A stretch of DNA of 64,000 bases from Myxococcales bacterium (GTDB taxonomy: Bacteria > Myxococcota_A > Polyangia > Polyangiales > DASUME01): the NCBI GenBank assembly GCA_047601445.1, contig JASGJH010000001.1, forward strand, positions 8,032,001-8,096,000, read 5' to 3'. Below are positions 55,765-64,000 of the stretch, one piece after another. A program made the translations under genes and the position numbers. How positions within the stretch are numbered: position 1 is the stretch's first letter; every line of letters starts with the position of its first letter. The notes below the pieces were generated by a model. That model was given only the letters and a program-made list of their open reading frames with translations, did no database searches and was not told the origin of the DNA.

Positions 55765-58263
55765 TCACTCGACCGGGCAGACGACGGTCTCGAGCAGCTG
55801 CCTGCGGCGCGATAGCTCGGCCAGGCGACGGGGCTCACCCGTGAACTGGTCGAACACCGTCTCACCGAGCAGGAAGTTGGAGAGCTGGCTCTCCTGGCCC
55901 ACCTCGCGCGGGAACACATGCAGGAACGAGGTCTGGGTCTCGCCGCCGTGGCAGCCGTTGCAGGTGTTCAACGAGAACTTGTGACGGGCCTCGTTGTTGT
56001 TGATGCCGTCGGCACCCCACACGTCGATGTTGTTGAACACCGAGCCCGTGGCGAAGGCCTGTCCCTGGAAGGTCAGCGGCGCCTCGTGCGTCTCGGCCAG
56101 GATGCTCGCCTCGTTCTCGTTGATGAAGCTGGCGAGCAGCGGGGTGAAGTTGAGCGACTGATCCGGGGTCTGGAAGACCGTGAAAGGCTGCAGGAAGCCG
56201 GCCGGAGAGAAGCGGAACTCACGCAGCTGCCACTGGAACGAGAGCGCGATCTCGTTGGTACGGATGTCGATCAGCGCGCTGTCGTTGGGCGCGCCGGGCA
56301 AGGCCCCGCGCATGGTGAAGCGATCGGTCAGCGCCTGCAGCGCCGCGTTGTACTGCTCGGACGGGAAGGGCAGGCTCTGCAGTGCGTGGAACCCGTGGGC
56401 CCATTCGCTGAACTCCTCCTCGGTGTCGGCGGGCAGGAGGTACTCGAGGATCACGGTGAACTCGAGTGTGTTGCCGGAGGCGTCGAGCATGCCGAAGACC
56501 ATGCGACCCTCGCCGGCCTTGCCGACCGCCAGGTTCTTGAGGTCGAGGCGATTGACGATGGCGAGCAAGCGCAGCGGAGCGCGCGCCAGGTCGAGCTTGC
56601 CGTTGGCGGTGCGGGGCCACGGATTGAGCACCGTGTTGAGCATGGCGGGGCGAGACTCGATGGTGAAGCCGTTCACCGTTTGATTGGCGACGAAGCTGCG
56701 GAACATGGCGTCGGTGAGATCAGGCGCATCCTCCGGCGTGGGAGAGAGGCGCTGCATGAGCCCGCCGAACGACCATGCGCCCGTGCGCGGATCGTCCTTC
56801 GGACCGTTGAGGTTGGTGCGCACCGGGTCGTCCACCACGCTGACATCGCGGATGGTGAGGGCTCGGCTCGCGCGCACGAAGCAGCCCGTGCGATCCGCGA
56901 CCACGTACTTGGCCTGGACCGTGCCTTGCTGGTCGAAGTTGCCGTTGAACACCGAGAAGTCGAAGGTGAAGGTGTCCGGCTCGGCCTCGTCACTGCTGGT
57001 GATGTCGAACGGAAGCGAAGCGCTTTGTCCGCTCGCGATCGGGTCGCTGACGACGAAGCTGCTGCTGACGGCGCTGAGCTCGTTCGGCAGGTTCGTGATA
57101 GCGATGAAGTTCGTGGGTGCGCAGGTCGCCGTGTTGTTGTTCTTGATCGTGAGGTCGTAGTGCACGACAGTTCCGGGCTGCACGGGGTTGCTGGCCTGCG
57201 GCACCACGCTGAGCGTGGGCGCCGCTCGCAGGCAGGTAAGCCCCATGATGGTGTCGGGCTCCGCCGCCATGGTGTTGAACCAGGCGTTGTCCATGCTGCC
57301 GAAGAGTCGGCGATTGTTCATGTCGCTGCCCATGAGCAGCGGGCCTGCGCCGCGCGAGAGCACGCCAGGGGCGCTCTTGCTCTTGACCTGCTTGCCGTCG
57401 ATGTAGAGCTTGAGGTCCGTGCCGTCGTAGGTGGCGGCCACGTGAGTCCAGCGCTGGGCCTGGGCGGGTACGGCCACGTTGACCAGCTTGCCGGACGCCA
57501 GCTTGACGATGAACTGGTACTTCTTGTCCTGCACCACGAGGGCGAAGGCGCTGTTGCCGTCGTCGCGCTTGCGGAAGATGGTGCTCGTCTTGTCGACGCG
57601 ATCCAGCTTCACCCAGGCAGCCACGGTCACGCCGTCACGCAGGGAGAAGGCAGGCTGGTCGGGTACGTAGACGAGATCCTCGGCGGCCTTGAACACCGCA
57701 CCGAGTCCTTCCTGACTGTTGTTGCAGGTGGTGTCCACGCTGCGGAAGGCGGTGAAGCTCTGGTTGGAGGAGTCCTGTAGGTCGGTGCGACTGGTGTTGC
57801 AGTCGTCGAACCGCCAGAAGCCGATCGGGTCGTCCTCGCAAGAGCCGTTGTCACTGCCAGCGTCGGCCTCACCGCCACCGGGGCCCGCGTCGGGCTGCGG
57901 AAACATCACCCCACCATCCGACTTGGGTGGAACGGGCACCCCACCATCCGACGCTGCGAGCAGGGCGCCCAGCTTGGAGGAGGGCCGCTGGATGCTTCCG
58001 CCGACCGAGATCCCTGTTCCGGGCTCCACGTCGAAGTCGCCATCACCTCCCGGAAAGCCCGGAAAACCGCCTCCATTGCCGCAAAAGCGCGGCGGAGGCT
58101 CGGGCATATCCGCACTGCCCTTCAACGCGGCGGGGAGCGGCCCGTCTTCCATCAATGCGGCCAACGAGGTTCCTTCGGGGCCGGTGTTTTCGTCCGCGCC
58201 TTCCGAGCCTGCGCATGCGCCAACTGCGATCAGTCCACCAATCCAAACTTGTTTCCATGACAT
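55765..58263 (-). CDS. Lipoprotein with LamG-like jellyroll, Ig-like domain and C-terminal CxxCH domain
   Basis: VGAC lipobox; WTHVAATYDG..LYIDG; RLLAIVNRLDL; CNGCH. Confidence 0.8.
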   Translation of the reverse strand: MSWKQVWIGGLIAVGACAGSEGADENTGPEGTSLAALMEDGPLPAALKGSADMPEPPPRFCGNGGGFPGFPGGDGDFDVEPGTGISVGGSIQRPSSKLGALLAASDGGVPVPPKSDGGVMFPQPDAGPGGGEADAGSDNGSCEDDPIGFWRFDDCNTSRTDLQDSSNQSFTAFRSVDTTCNNSQEGLGAVFKAAEDLVYVPDQPAFSLRDGVTVAAWVKLDRVDKTSTIFRKRDDGNSAFALVVQDKKYQFIVKLASGKLVNVAVPAQAQRWTHVAATYDGTDLKLYIDGKQVKSKSAPGVLSRGAGPLLMGSDMNNRRLFGSMDNAWFNTMAAEPDTIMGLTCLRAAPTLSVVPQASNPVQPGTVVHYDLTIKNNNTATCAPTNFIAITNLPNELSAVSSSFVVSDPIASGQSASLPFDITSSDEAEPDTFTFDFSVFNGNFDQQGTVQAKYVVADRTGCFVRASRALTIRDVSVVDDPVRTNLNGPKDDPRTGAWSFGGLMQRLSPTPEDAPDLTDAMFRSFVANQTVNGFTIESRPAMLNTVLNPWPRTANGKLDLARAPLRLLAIVNRLDLKNLAVGKAGEGRMVFGMLDASGNTLEFTVILEYLLPADTEEEFSEWAHGFHALQSLPFPSEQYNAALQALTDRFTMRGALPGAPNDSALIDIRTNEIALSFQWQLREFRFSPAGFLQPFTVFQTPDQSLNFTPLLASFINENEASILAETHEAPLTFQGQAFATGSVFNNIDVWGADGINNNEARHKFSLNTCNGCHGGETQTSFLHVFPREVGQESQLSNFLLGETVFDQFTGEPRRLAELSRRRQLLETVVCPVE

Positions 58264-58387
58264 GGGGAGATCTCTGCCTCTCTGTCGTCTGACGACGGCA
58301 CAACAGACAATCCGGGCGATGACGGATAGCGGGGAGGCCATCCATCGTGTGTCGTTCTGTGCCGACACACCCCTTCGCTTCCAACAA

Positions 58388-58403
58388 CGCAATTCGGATG
58401 CCA
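58388..58403 (-). promoter_or_regulatory. Sigma54 promoter for the LamG lipoprotein gene
   Basis: Minus strand TGGCATCCGAATTGCG. Confidence 0.7.
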
Positions 58404-58712
58404 CACCGGTCGGACAGCACAGGTGTGCTCGCTTCTGGGCCGCAGGCGTCAGAGGTCGGCTCAGATTTCGTAGGGTGAATCAGTAAGATCCGAACAACGG
58501 GTGAAGCGTTGCCTTCACCCGAGCCCCCCGTCGCGTCCTGGTGCTCGCCGCCTCGGCAGGCAGGACGGCGGTCTGGGGTGAACCCATGCGGTATCGTTGG
58601 GGCGAAGCGAGGCTCACCCGGGGCAGGAAAAAATCGTCACCGAGCATGTCGAAAGCGGAGCGCGCCCGACGACAACCCGTATCGACCCCGTCACAGAGAA
58701 GGGACTTCACCC

Positions 58713-59078
58713 ATGCGTTATGCCTGCCTGATCTACTTCGATCCCAAGAAAGTCTTCAATCAAAGCGCCGAGGCCGAGTCCGTCCTGCGCGACTCCATGG
58801 ACCCTCAAAACGAGATCCGGAGCGGCGGTCACGTGATCTCGGAGGCAGCGCTCATGCTGCCCGACCAGGCCATCACCCTGCAGATGCGCGACGGCAAGAT
58901 GTCGACCACGGACGGTCCCTTCATGGAGACCAAGGAGGTGCTCGGCGGCATCGTGGTGATCGAAGCCAAGGACCTCAACGAAGCCCTGCGCGTGGGCGCC
59001 ACCATCCCCCTGGCCCGCATCGGCTCGGTGGAGGTGCGACCGTTCGTGGACTTCAGTAAGCCTCGCCCGCGGCTATGA
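58713..59078 (+). CDS. YciI/DGPF-family protein
   Basis: TDGPFMETKE.LGG, GSVEVRP. Confidence 0.9.
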   Translation: MRYACLIYFDPKKVFNQSAEAESVLRDSMDPQNEIRSGGHVISEAALMLPDQAITLQMRDGKMSTTDGPFMETKEVLGGIVVIEAKDLNEALRVGATIPLARIGSVEVRPFVDFSKPRPRL

Positions 59079-60352
59079 GCGAGGACCTCACGCGTCGCAG
59101 CCTGGAGGCGGTCTACCGCAGCGAGTCCCGACGCGTGCTGGCCACCTTGATCCGTCTGCTCGGCACGTTCGAGGCCGCGGAGGAGGCGTTGCACGACGCC
59201 TTCGCGGTGGCCGCCGAGCGTTGGCAGAGCGACGGAATGCCCGCGAATCCCTACGCCTGGTTGGTGTCCACGGGCCGCTTCCGCGCCATCGATCGCAGGC
59301 GTCGACAGGCCAGGCTCGCCACGGCCTTGCCGGACCTGGAGTCCGAGCAATCAGCGCGGGCACGCGAGGCCGAGGAGCTCGTCCTCGGGCTGACCGACGC
59401 CTCCATTCAGGACGACGAGCTGCGCCTGATCTTTACCTGTTGTCACCCGCTACTCGCCCCGGATGCGCGGGTCGCGCTGACCTTGCGCGAGGTGTGCGGC
59501 CTGACCACGGAGGAGATCGCGCGTGCCTACCTGGTGCCCACGCCCACCATCGCGCAGCGCATCGTGCGCGCCAAGCAGAAGATTCGCGACGTGGGCATCC
59601 CATACGAGGTGCCTGCACCCGCCCAGCTGCCGGAGCGCTTCGAGAGCGTGCTCTCGGTGGTCTACCTGATCTTCAACGAGGGTTACGCAGCCACCGAGGG
59701 GCCCGCGCTCACGCGAGACGAGCTCGCTGCGGAGGCGATTCGCCTGGGGCGCCTGTTGGTGGAGCTATCCCAGGAGCCCGAGGCGTTGGGCCTTCTGGCG
59801 CTGATGTTGCTGCACGAGTCTCGGCGTACGGCGCGCGTCGACGCCCGAGGGGATCTGGTGCTGCTCGAGGAGCAGGATCGAAGTTCGTGGGACCGAGCGC
59901 TCATCGAGGAAGCGCAAGGCTTGATCGAGCAGGCATTGCGGGCGCGGCGCGTGGGGCCCTACCTGCTTCAGGCGGCCATCGCGTCCGTGCACGCCGAGGC
60001 CGCCACGGCGGAAGCCACCGACTGGCCCCAGATCGTGGGTCTCTACGACGTGCTCGGGCGGGTGGATCCCTCGCCCATCGTGGCGCTCAACCGCGCGGTG
60101 GCGCTGGGCATGCGCGACGGTCCGGAGGCGGGGCTCGCACAGGTCGATGCGTTGATGGCGGATAAGTCCCTCCAGACGTACCACCTGGCCCATGCCGCGC
60201 GTGCCGAGTGGCTGCGCCGACTGGGTCGCAGTGCAGAGGCCCGTGCTGCCTTCGAGCGGGCGCTGGAGCTGACACGCCAGCCAGCGGAGCGGCGATTTCT
60301 CGAGGGGCGGATGGGGAAGACGTCGGGCACGGGCACCGGCACGCCTTGTTGA
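59075..60352 (+). CDS. ECF42-type sigma factor with C-terminal TPR extension
   Basis: LRLIFTCCHP, YLIFNEGY, GPYLLQAAIA, TDW.QI; preceded by a DGPF gene. Confidence 0.9.
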   Translation: MSEDLTRRSLEAVYRSESRRVLATLIRLLGTFEAAEEALHDAFAVAAERWQSDGMPANPYAWLVSTGRFRAIDRRRRQARLATALPDLESEQSARAREAEELVLGLTDASIQDDELRLIFTCCHPLLAPDARVALTLREVCGLTTEEIARAYLVPTPTIAQRIVRAKQKIRDVGIPYEVPAPAQLPERFESVLSVVYLIFNEGYAATEGPALTRDELAAEAIRLGRLLVELSQEPEALGLLALMLLHESRRTARVDARGDLVLLEEQDRSSWDRALIEEAQGLIEQALRARRVGPYLLQAAIASVHAEAATAEATDWPQIVGLYDVLGRVDPSPIVALNRAVALGMRDGPEAGLAQVDALMADKSLQTYHLAHAARAEWLRRLGRSAEARAAFERALELTRQPAERRFLEGRMGKTSGTGTGTPC

Positions 60353-60390
60353 GCAAGGCTGGCACGGGGGCGGGCGCTGCTGGCGCCCGA

Positions 60391-61089
60391 CTAGGGCAAA
60401 TCGAACACCAGCACCTCCGCCGACTCCACGCCCTCCACGTCCACCGCACTCTCGTTCGAGAGCGCGGCGCCATCTCCCTCCACCAGGAGCTCCCCATTCA
60501 CGCGCACCCGACCGCGGGTCAGCTGCACCCACGCGTGACGTCCCGTCGACAGCGCCAGCGAGGCGCGCTCTCCGGACTCGAACTTGCCCGCATAAAGCAG
60601 TGCATCGGTGTGCACGGTGACGCTTCCGTCGCGGCCGTCGGGCGCCGCCACCACCCGTAGGCGTCCCAGCTTCTCCGCGTCGGCGAAGGTCTTCTGTTCG
60701 TAGCTCGGTGGGATCCCTCGCGCGGCGGGCATCAGCCAGATTTGTAGGAAGTGCACCGGGTCGCTCTTCGAGGCGTTGAATTCGCTGTGCGACACGCCGC
60801 TGCCCGCGCTCATGCGCTGCACGTCCCCGGGGCGGATCACCGACCCGGTCCCGATCGAGTCGCGATGTTCGAGGCTCCCGGCGAGCACGTAGGAGATAAT
60901 CTCCATGTCCCGATGCGAGTGCGTCCCGAAGCCCCGCCCGGGCGCCACACGGTCCTCATTGATCACGCGCAGCGTGCGGAAGCCCATGTGGGCCGGGTCG
61001 TAGTATTCCGCGAAGGAGAAGCTGTGGCGCGACTCGAGCCATCCGTGCTGGGCATGTCCACGCTCGTTCGCGCGCCGGATCGTAATCAT
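60391..61089 (-). CDS. Pirin-family protein (YhhW-like)
   Basis: HSFSFAEYYDP, GFGTHSHRDMEI, MSAGSGVSHSE, QIW. Confidence 0.92.
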   Translation of the reverse strand: MITIRRANERGHAQHGWLESRHSFSFAEYYDPAHMGFRTLRVINEDRVAPGRGFGTHSHRDMEIISYVLAGSLEHRDSIGTGSVIRPGDVQRMSAGSGVSHSEFNASKSDPVHFLQIWLMPAARGIPPSYEQKTFADAEKLGRLRVVAAPDGRDGSVTVHTDALLYAGKFESGERASLALSTGRHAWVQLTRGRVRVNGELLVEGDGAALSNESAVDVEGVESAEVLVFDLP

Positions 61090-61171
61090 CGCTAGCCTCC
61101 CTGTTCCAACAGGCTTACCACGTTGCCCCGGGTCTCACCTGTCCCCGCTCCTCGTGGTGTACACTCGCCCG

Positions 61172-61978
61172 ATGCCCGCCCGTGCGCCGGAGAAACCTCC
61201 ACAACGCAAGCTCGTGCGACACCCGACCAGCGGTGTCGAGTGCTTCGAGGCGGTGTGGCGAGGCCACCGCACGCGCCACCACGCCCACCCCGAGTATCAG
61301 CTCACGCTCACGATGGCAGGCAGCGGTCGCTTCGACTACCACGGCGGCCAGGCGCGCATCCCGGTCGCGTGCTTCGCGCTGTTTCATCCGGACGAGCCCC
61401 ACGTGCTGGAGGCGGCCAGCCGCAGCGAGCCCTGGCACATGCGATCACTGCACCTGCCGACGCGCCTGGTCGAGCAAGCGGGTTGTCCCTTGCACCAGCC
61501 GGCGCCCTTCCGTGCCTACCCGGAACTCGCGCAGGCCTTCGACGCGGTTTGGAACGCGGTCCAAGCGGGCGCTGCTGAGGCGACCGTCGTGGCCCGGGTG
61601 CGCGCACTCGGCGTGGCGCTGTGCTCTTTGCCGGGACTCGAACCGCGCACCGACGCGCGCTCGCGCATCGTTCGGCGCTGCCTGGCGCACCTCGATCAGG
61701 TCCTCGATCGCAACGTGTCGATCTCCGAGCTCGCCGAGCTGGTGGATTCCACGCCTGCCCAGGTTCGACGCATGCTCGTGGCGGCCACCGGGCTGCCGCC
61801 CCACGCGCTCCACCTGCAGCGTCGCATCCGCCACGGCAAGCTGTTGCTCGCCAAGGGCGCTTCGGTGGCCGACACCGCACAGGCGACGGGCTTCGCTGAT
61901 CAAGCCCATTTCACGCGCCATTTCACCAGCCTGGTGGGCGTGGGCCCAGCGCGCTACGCGGTATCTCTCAAACCCTGA
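61172..61978 (+). CDS. AraC-family regulator
   Basis: HHAHPEY cupin and GFADQAHFTRHF. Confidence 0.9.
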   Translation: MPARAPEKPPQRKLVRHPTSGVECFEAVWRGHRTRHHAHPEYQLTLTMAGSGRFDYHGGQARIPVACFALFHPDEPHVLEAASRSEPWHMRSLHLPTRLVEQAGCPLHQPAPFRAYPELAQAFDAVWNAVQAGAAEATVVARVRALGVALCSLPGLEPRTDARSRIVRRCLAHLDQVLDRNVSISELAELVDSTPAQVRRMLVAATGLPPHALHLQRRIRHGKLLLAKGASVADTAQATGFADQAHFTRHFTSLVGVGPARYAVSLKP

Positions 61979-62100
61979 GCGCAACCCCTGAGCCGCGCGT
62001 CGATGCCAGCCGCATGAGGCGGGCACTTGTACGAAGTGAGCCGGCAAGGCGTGCAAGAAAGCCTGGCGCACCTGGTGCACCTTGAGGGTCGGAGGTTTGC

Positions 62101-62886
62101 ATGTCGGATCGAGAGCGCGAGCACGCCACGCGCGTGTTGGAGCAGTTCACCAAGCAGGCCGAGCCCTTCGCTCGCTTTGCCATCCATACCCAGGCGTCCT
62201 CGCTCGAGCTCTTGCGCGATGCGCTTCGCTTGAGCGGTCGCGAACGACTGCTCGACGCGGGCTGCGGTCCGGGCCTGTTGCTGCGTTACTTCGCCCCCAT
62301 GGTCTCCGAGGTAGTGGGCCTCGACGCCACCCCGGCGATGCTGCACAAGGCGCGTGAGGTGCTGCGCGAGGCGGGCATCACCAATGTGTCGACGCAGCAT
62401 GGAGACATGGAGCAGCTGCCGTTTGCCGACGCTAGCTTCGACGCGGTGGTGACGCGCTACACGTTCCATCACTTGCTGCGACCCGAGCGAGCCTTCGAAG
62501 AGCTCGTGCGCGTGTGCAAGCCAGGGGGTCGAGTGGTGGTCTGCGATGCCACCCCGCGCCCGGATGCGCGCGCGGCGTACGACGCCTGGGAGCTCGTGCG
62601 CGACCCGTCGCACGCCTCGGCGCGCACCGAGCAGGAGCTCGCGAGCCTGGCCGATGCGCACCTGGTGTCGACGCACCTGATGCGCTTTCGTCTCGAGTCC
62701 GTAGTGGAGGACCTGCTCGCTAGCTGTTTTCCCACGGATCGCGCGGCTCTCTATCGGCGCATGGCGGATGATGTCGGTGTGAACGCACTCGACATGGCGG
62801 CGCAGCTGCGGGGGGATACTCTGATGATGGCCTTTCCCATCAGCGTGATCGCAGGCAACAAGCCTGCTGTATCTGCCCGTATGTAA
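62101..62886 (+). CDS. Class I SAM-dependent methyltransferase
   Basis: LDAGCGPG, LPFADASFD, RVCKPGG; GGAGG SD. Confidence 0.9.
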   Translation: MSDREREHATRVLEQFTKQAEPFARFAIHTQASSLELLRDALRLSGRERLLDAGCGPGLLLRYFAPMVSEVVGLDATPAMLHKAREVLREAGITNVSTQHGDMEQLPFADASFDAVVTRYTFHHLLRPERAFEELVRVCKPGGRVVVCDATPRPDARAAYDAWELVRDPSHASARTEQELASLADAHLVSTHLMRFRLESVVEDLLASCFPTDRAALYRRMADDVGVNALDMAAQLRGDTLMMAFPISVIAGNKPAVSARM

Positions 62887-62892
62887 GCGCCA

Positions 62893-63204
62893 ATGCGGAA
62901 AACCACCGCGGCGCTCGTGGACGCCTTCAACCGGCGCGCGTCCTGGTCACACCGTAAGGTCATGGCAAAGGCACCCGCCGACGCCGAGTTCGAGTCCGCT
63001 CCCGAGGCGACCACACGGGAGCCGGGCCGGCGCCGGCGCAGTTCCTCCGTCACCAGCGTCACCTGGCTGAGACCCGTGGAGGACACGGGTTATGCCCGCA
63101 AGCTCACCAAAGCCATCGTGCTGGAGGAGAGCGAGCACCACGGTTCCATCTTGCCGCCGCCCTTGCCGTGGGAAGAGCGCGACGAGCCGACTCCCGACAC
63201 GTGA
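62893..63204 (+). CDS. Hypothetical protein
   Basis: ORF fills the gap between neighbours; no motif recognised. Confidence 0.4.
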   Translation: MRKTTAALVDAFNRRASWSHRKVMAKAPADAEFESAPEATTREPGRRRRSSSVTSVTWLRPVEDTGYARKLTKAIVLEESEHHGSILPPPLPWEERDEPTPDT

Positions 63205-63211
63205 GGAGAGC

Positions 63212-63958
63212 ATGGCGTTGCTGATCATGGTGGGGTCCTTTCTCTTGGGCCTGACGATGGCCGGTCTACTTTGGCGCGGGCACAGGCGGCGGCTCGAGCT
63301 CACCACGTGTCCTTGCCTGGCCTATTTCGAAGTGGCGGGCTCACCTGCCGAGAACCCGATCGAGGTGGCGTATTCGCCGCCCAAGCTGCGCGCGTTGTGT
63401 CCGGAGCTGTTCGGTCATGCGCCCTTGCCGTGCCACGCCTGCGGTAGTGTCCATCTGCCTCACGTACTGTTGAAGCTGGTCGATCAACACCTGAGGCTCG
63501 GCGATTCGCGCGCGGCCATCGTGGTGTCGGTCGAGCCCTTGCGCATCGCAGCGTACTCCGACGAGTTCGACGCGGTGCTGGAGGTCTCGTTCCCGTCCGG
63601 CATCGGAGAGGGGCTCACGGAAGGGGAGCGCCTCTTGACGATCAACGCCTACGGCCCGCACGGCGATCGTCCGACCGAAATGGCACCCGATATCCTCCCC
63701 GGTGCCGGCGCAAGCGGGCGTTGGTGGACGTTCTCACCGGTGATCGCGGAGCTCGTCTCCGACAGTCACACCTTGATCGAGGAGCGCAAGCAGGAGATCG
63801 ACGAAGACGAGTGGGAGCGCGTGGCCGAGCTCGTGCGCTATCGGCATCGGACCCACCACGCCCGATCGTGCAATCCTTTGCGCGCTGGCGATCCGGCGGC
63901 GCCGCTTCCCGCGAGCGAGCTCCCGTCTCGATCAGGCCTCTACCAAAGCTCGCTTTGA
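63212..63958 (+). CDS. Membrane-anchored hypothetical protein
   Basis: GAGGAG SD; N-terminal TM helix; GDSRAAIVVS..PL.IAAYSDE. Confidence 0.65.
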   Translation: MALLIMVGSFLLGLTMAGLLWRGHRRRLELTTCPCLAYFEVAGSPAENPIEVAYSPPKLRALCPELFGHAPLPCHACGSVHLPHVLLKLVDQHLRLGDSRAAIVVSVEPLRIAAYSDEFDAVLEVSFPSGIGEGLTEGERLLTINAYGPHGDRPTEMAPDILPGAGASGRWWTFSPVIAELVSDSHTLIEERKQEIDEDEWERVAELVRYRHRTHHARSCNPLRAGDPAAPLPASELPSRSGLYQSSL

Positions 63959-64000
63959 GCCCGGCGCTTGCGCGAGCGAGTCGGACCGGTTCCCTGCAGC

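Noticed and set aside
55918..57780. 620-aa plus-strand ORF
   Set aside because: Antisense shadow of the LamG lipoprotein gene
1..64000. CRISPR array, rRNA, reverse transcriptase/retron/DGR, transposase
   Set aside because: No regularly spaced repeats, rRNA signatures, YADD-type RT motif or DDE transposase ORF noticed on reading

Overview
High-GC DNA, most likely from a myxobacterium (Polyangia/Sandaracinus-like; inferred from many DAG/PDAG-rich lipoproteins, Cys-rich repeats and sigma54 promoters). Bases 1-21639 are the right arm of a phage-like element inserted in a tRNA-Leu(TAG) gene; only the 3' half of the tRNA remains here as attR. The element has a minus-strand podovirus-type virion operon (terS, portal, scaffold, major capsid, adaptor, nozzle-like and probable ejection proteins) with no large terminase between terS and portal. 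It also carries a defence-type cargo block (SEFIR/TIR, a membrane coiled-coil protein, SIR2) and a satellite-like plus-strand early module (AEP-type primase, stand-alone D5-like winged helix, three Xis-like HTH proteins, tyrosine integrase). No cI-type repressor is recognisable, but the early region has repeated CAACGAAA(GTATC) dyads and RNA-like hairpins. The host part contains a sigma54/RtcR-like-controlled RtcB2-PrfH ribosome repair operon with an extra unknown gene, a 168-bp cruciform MITE, an unusual glutamate/gamma-glutamyl amidoligase cluster (GAD, AsnO-like amidotransferase, GNAT-less Ngg ATP-grasp, GCS2 ligase, three class II amidotransferases, C45 hydrolase, ThrE exporter), a gluconokinase-Smr fusion, and ordinary ECF/LysR/AraC loci. 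Three single-base frameshifts in short homopolymers are probably sequencing errors. All protein assignments come from motif recognition by eye; no searches were run.
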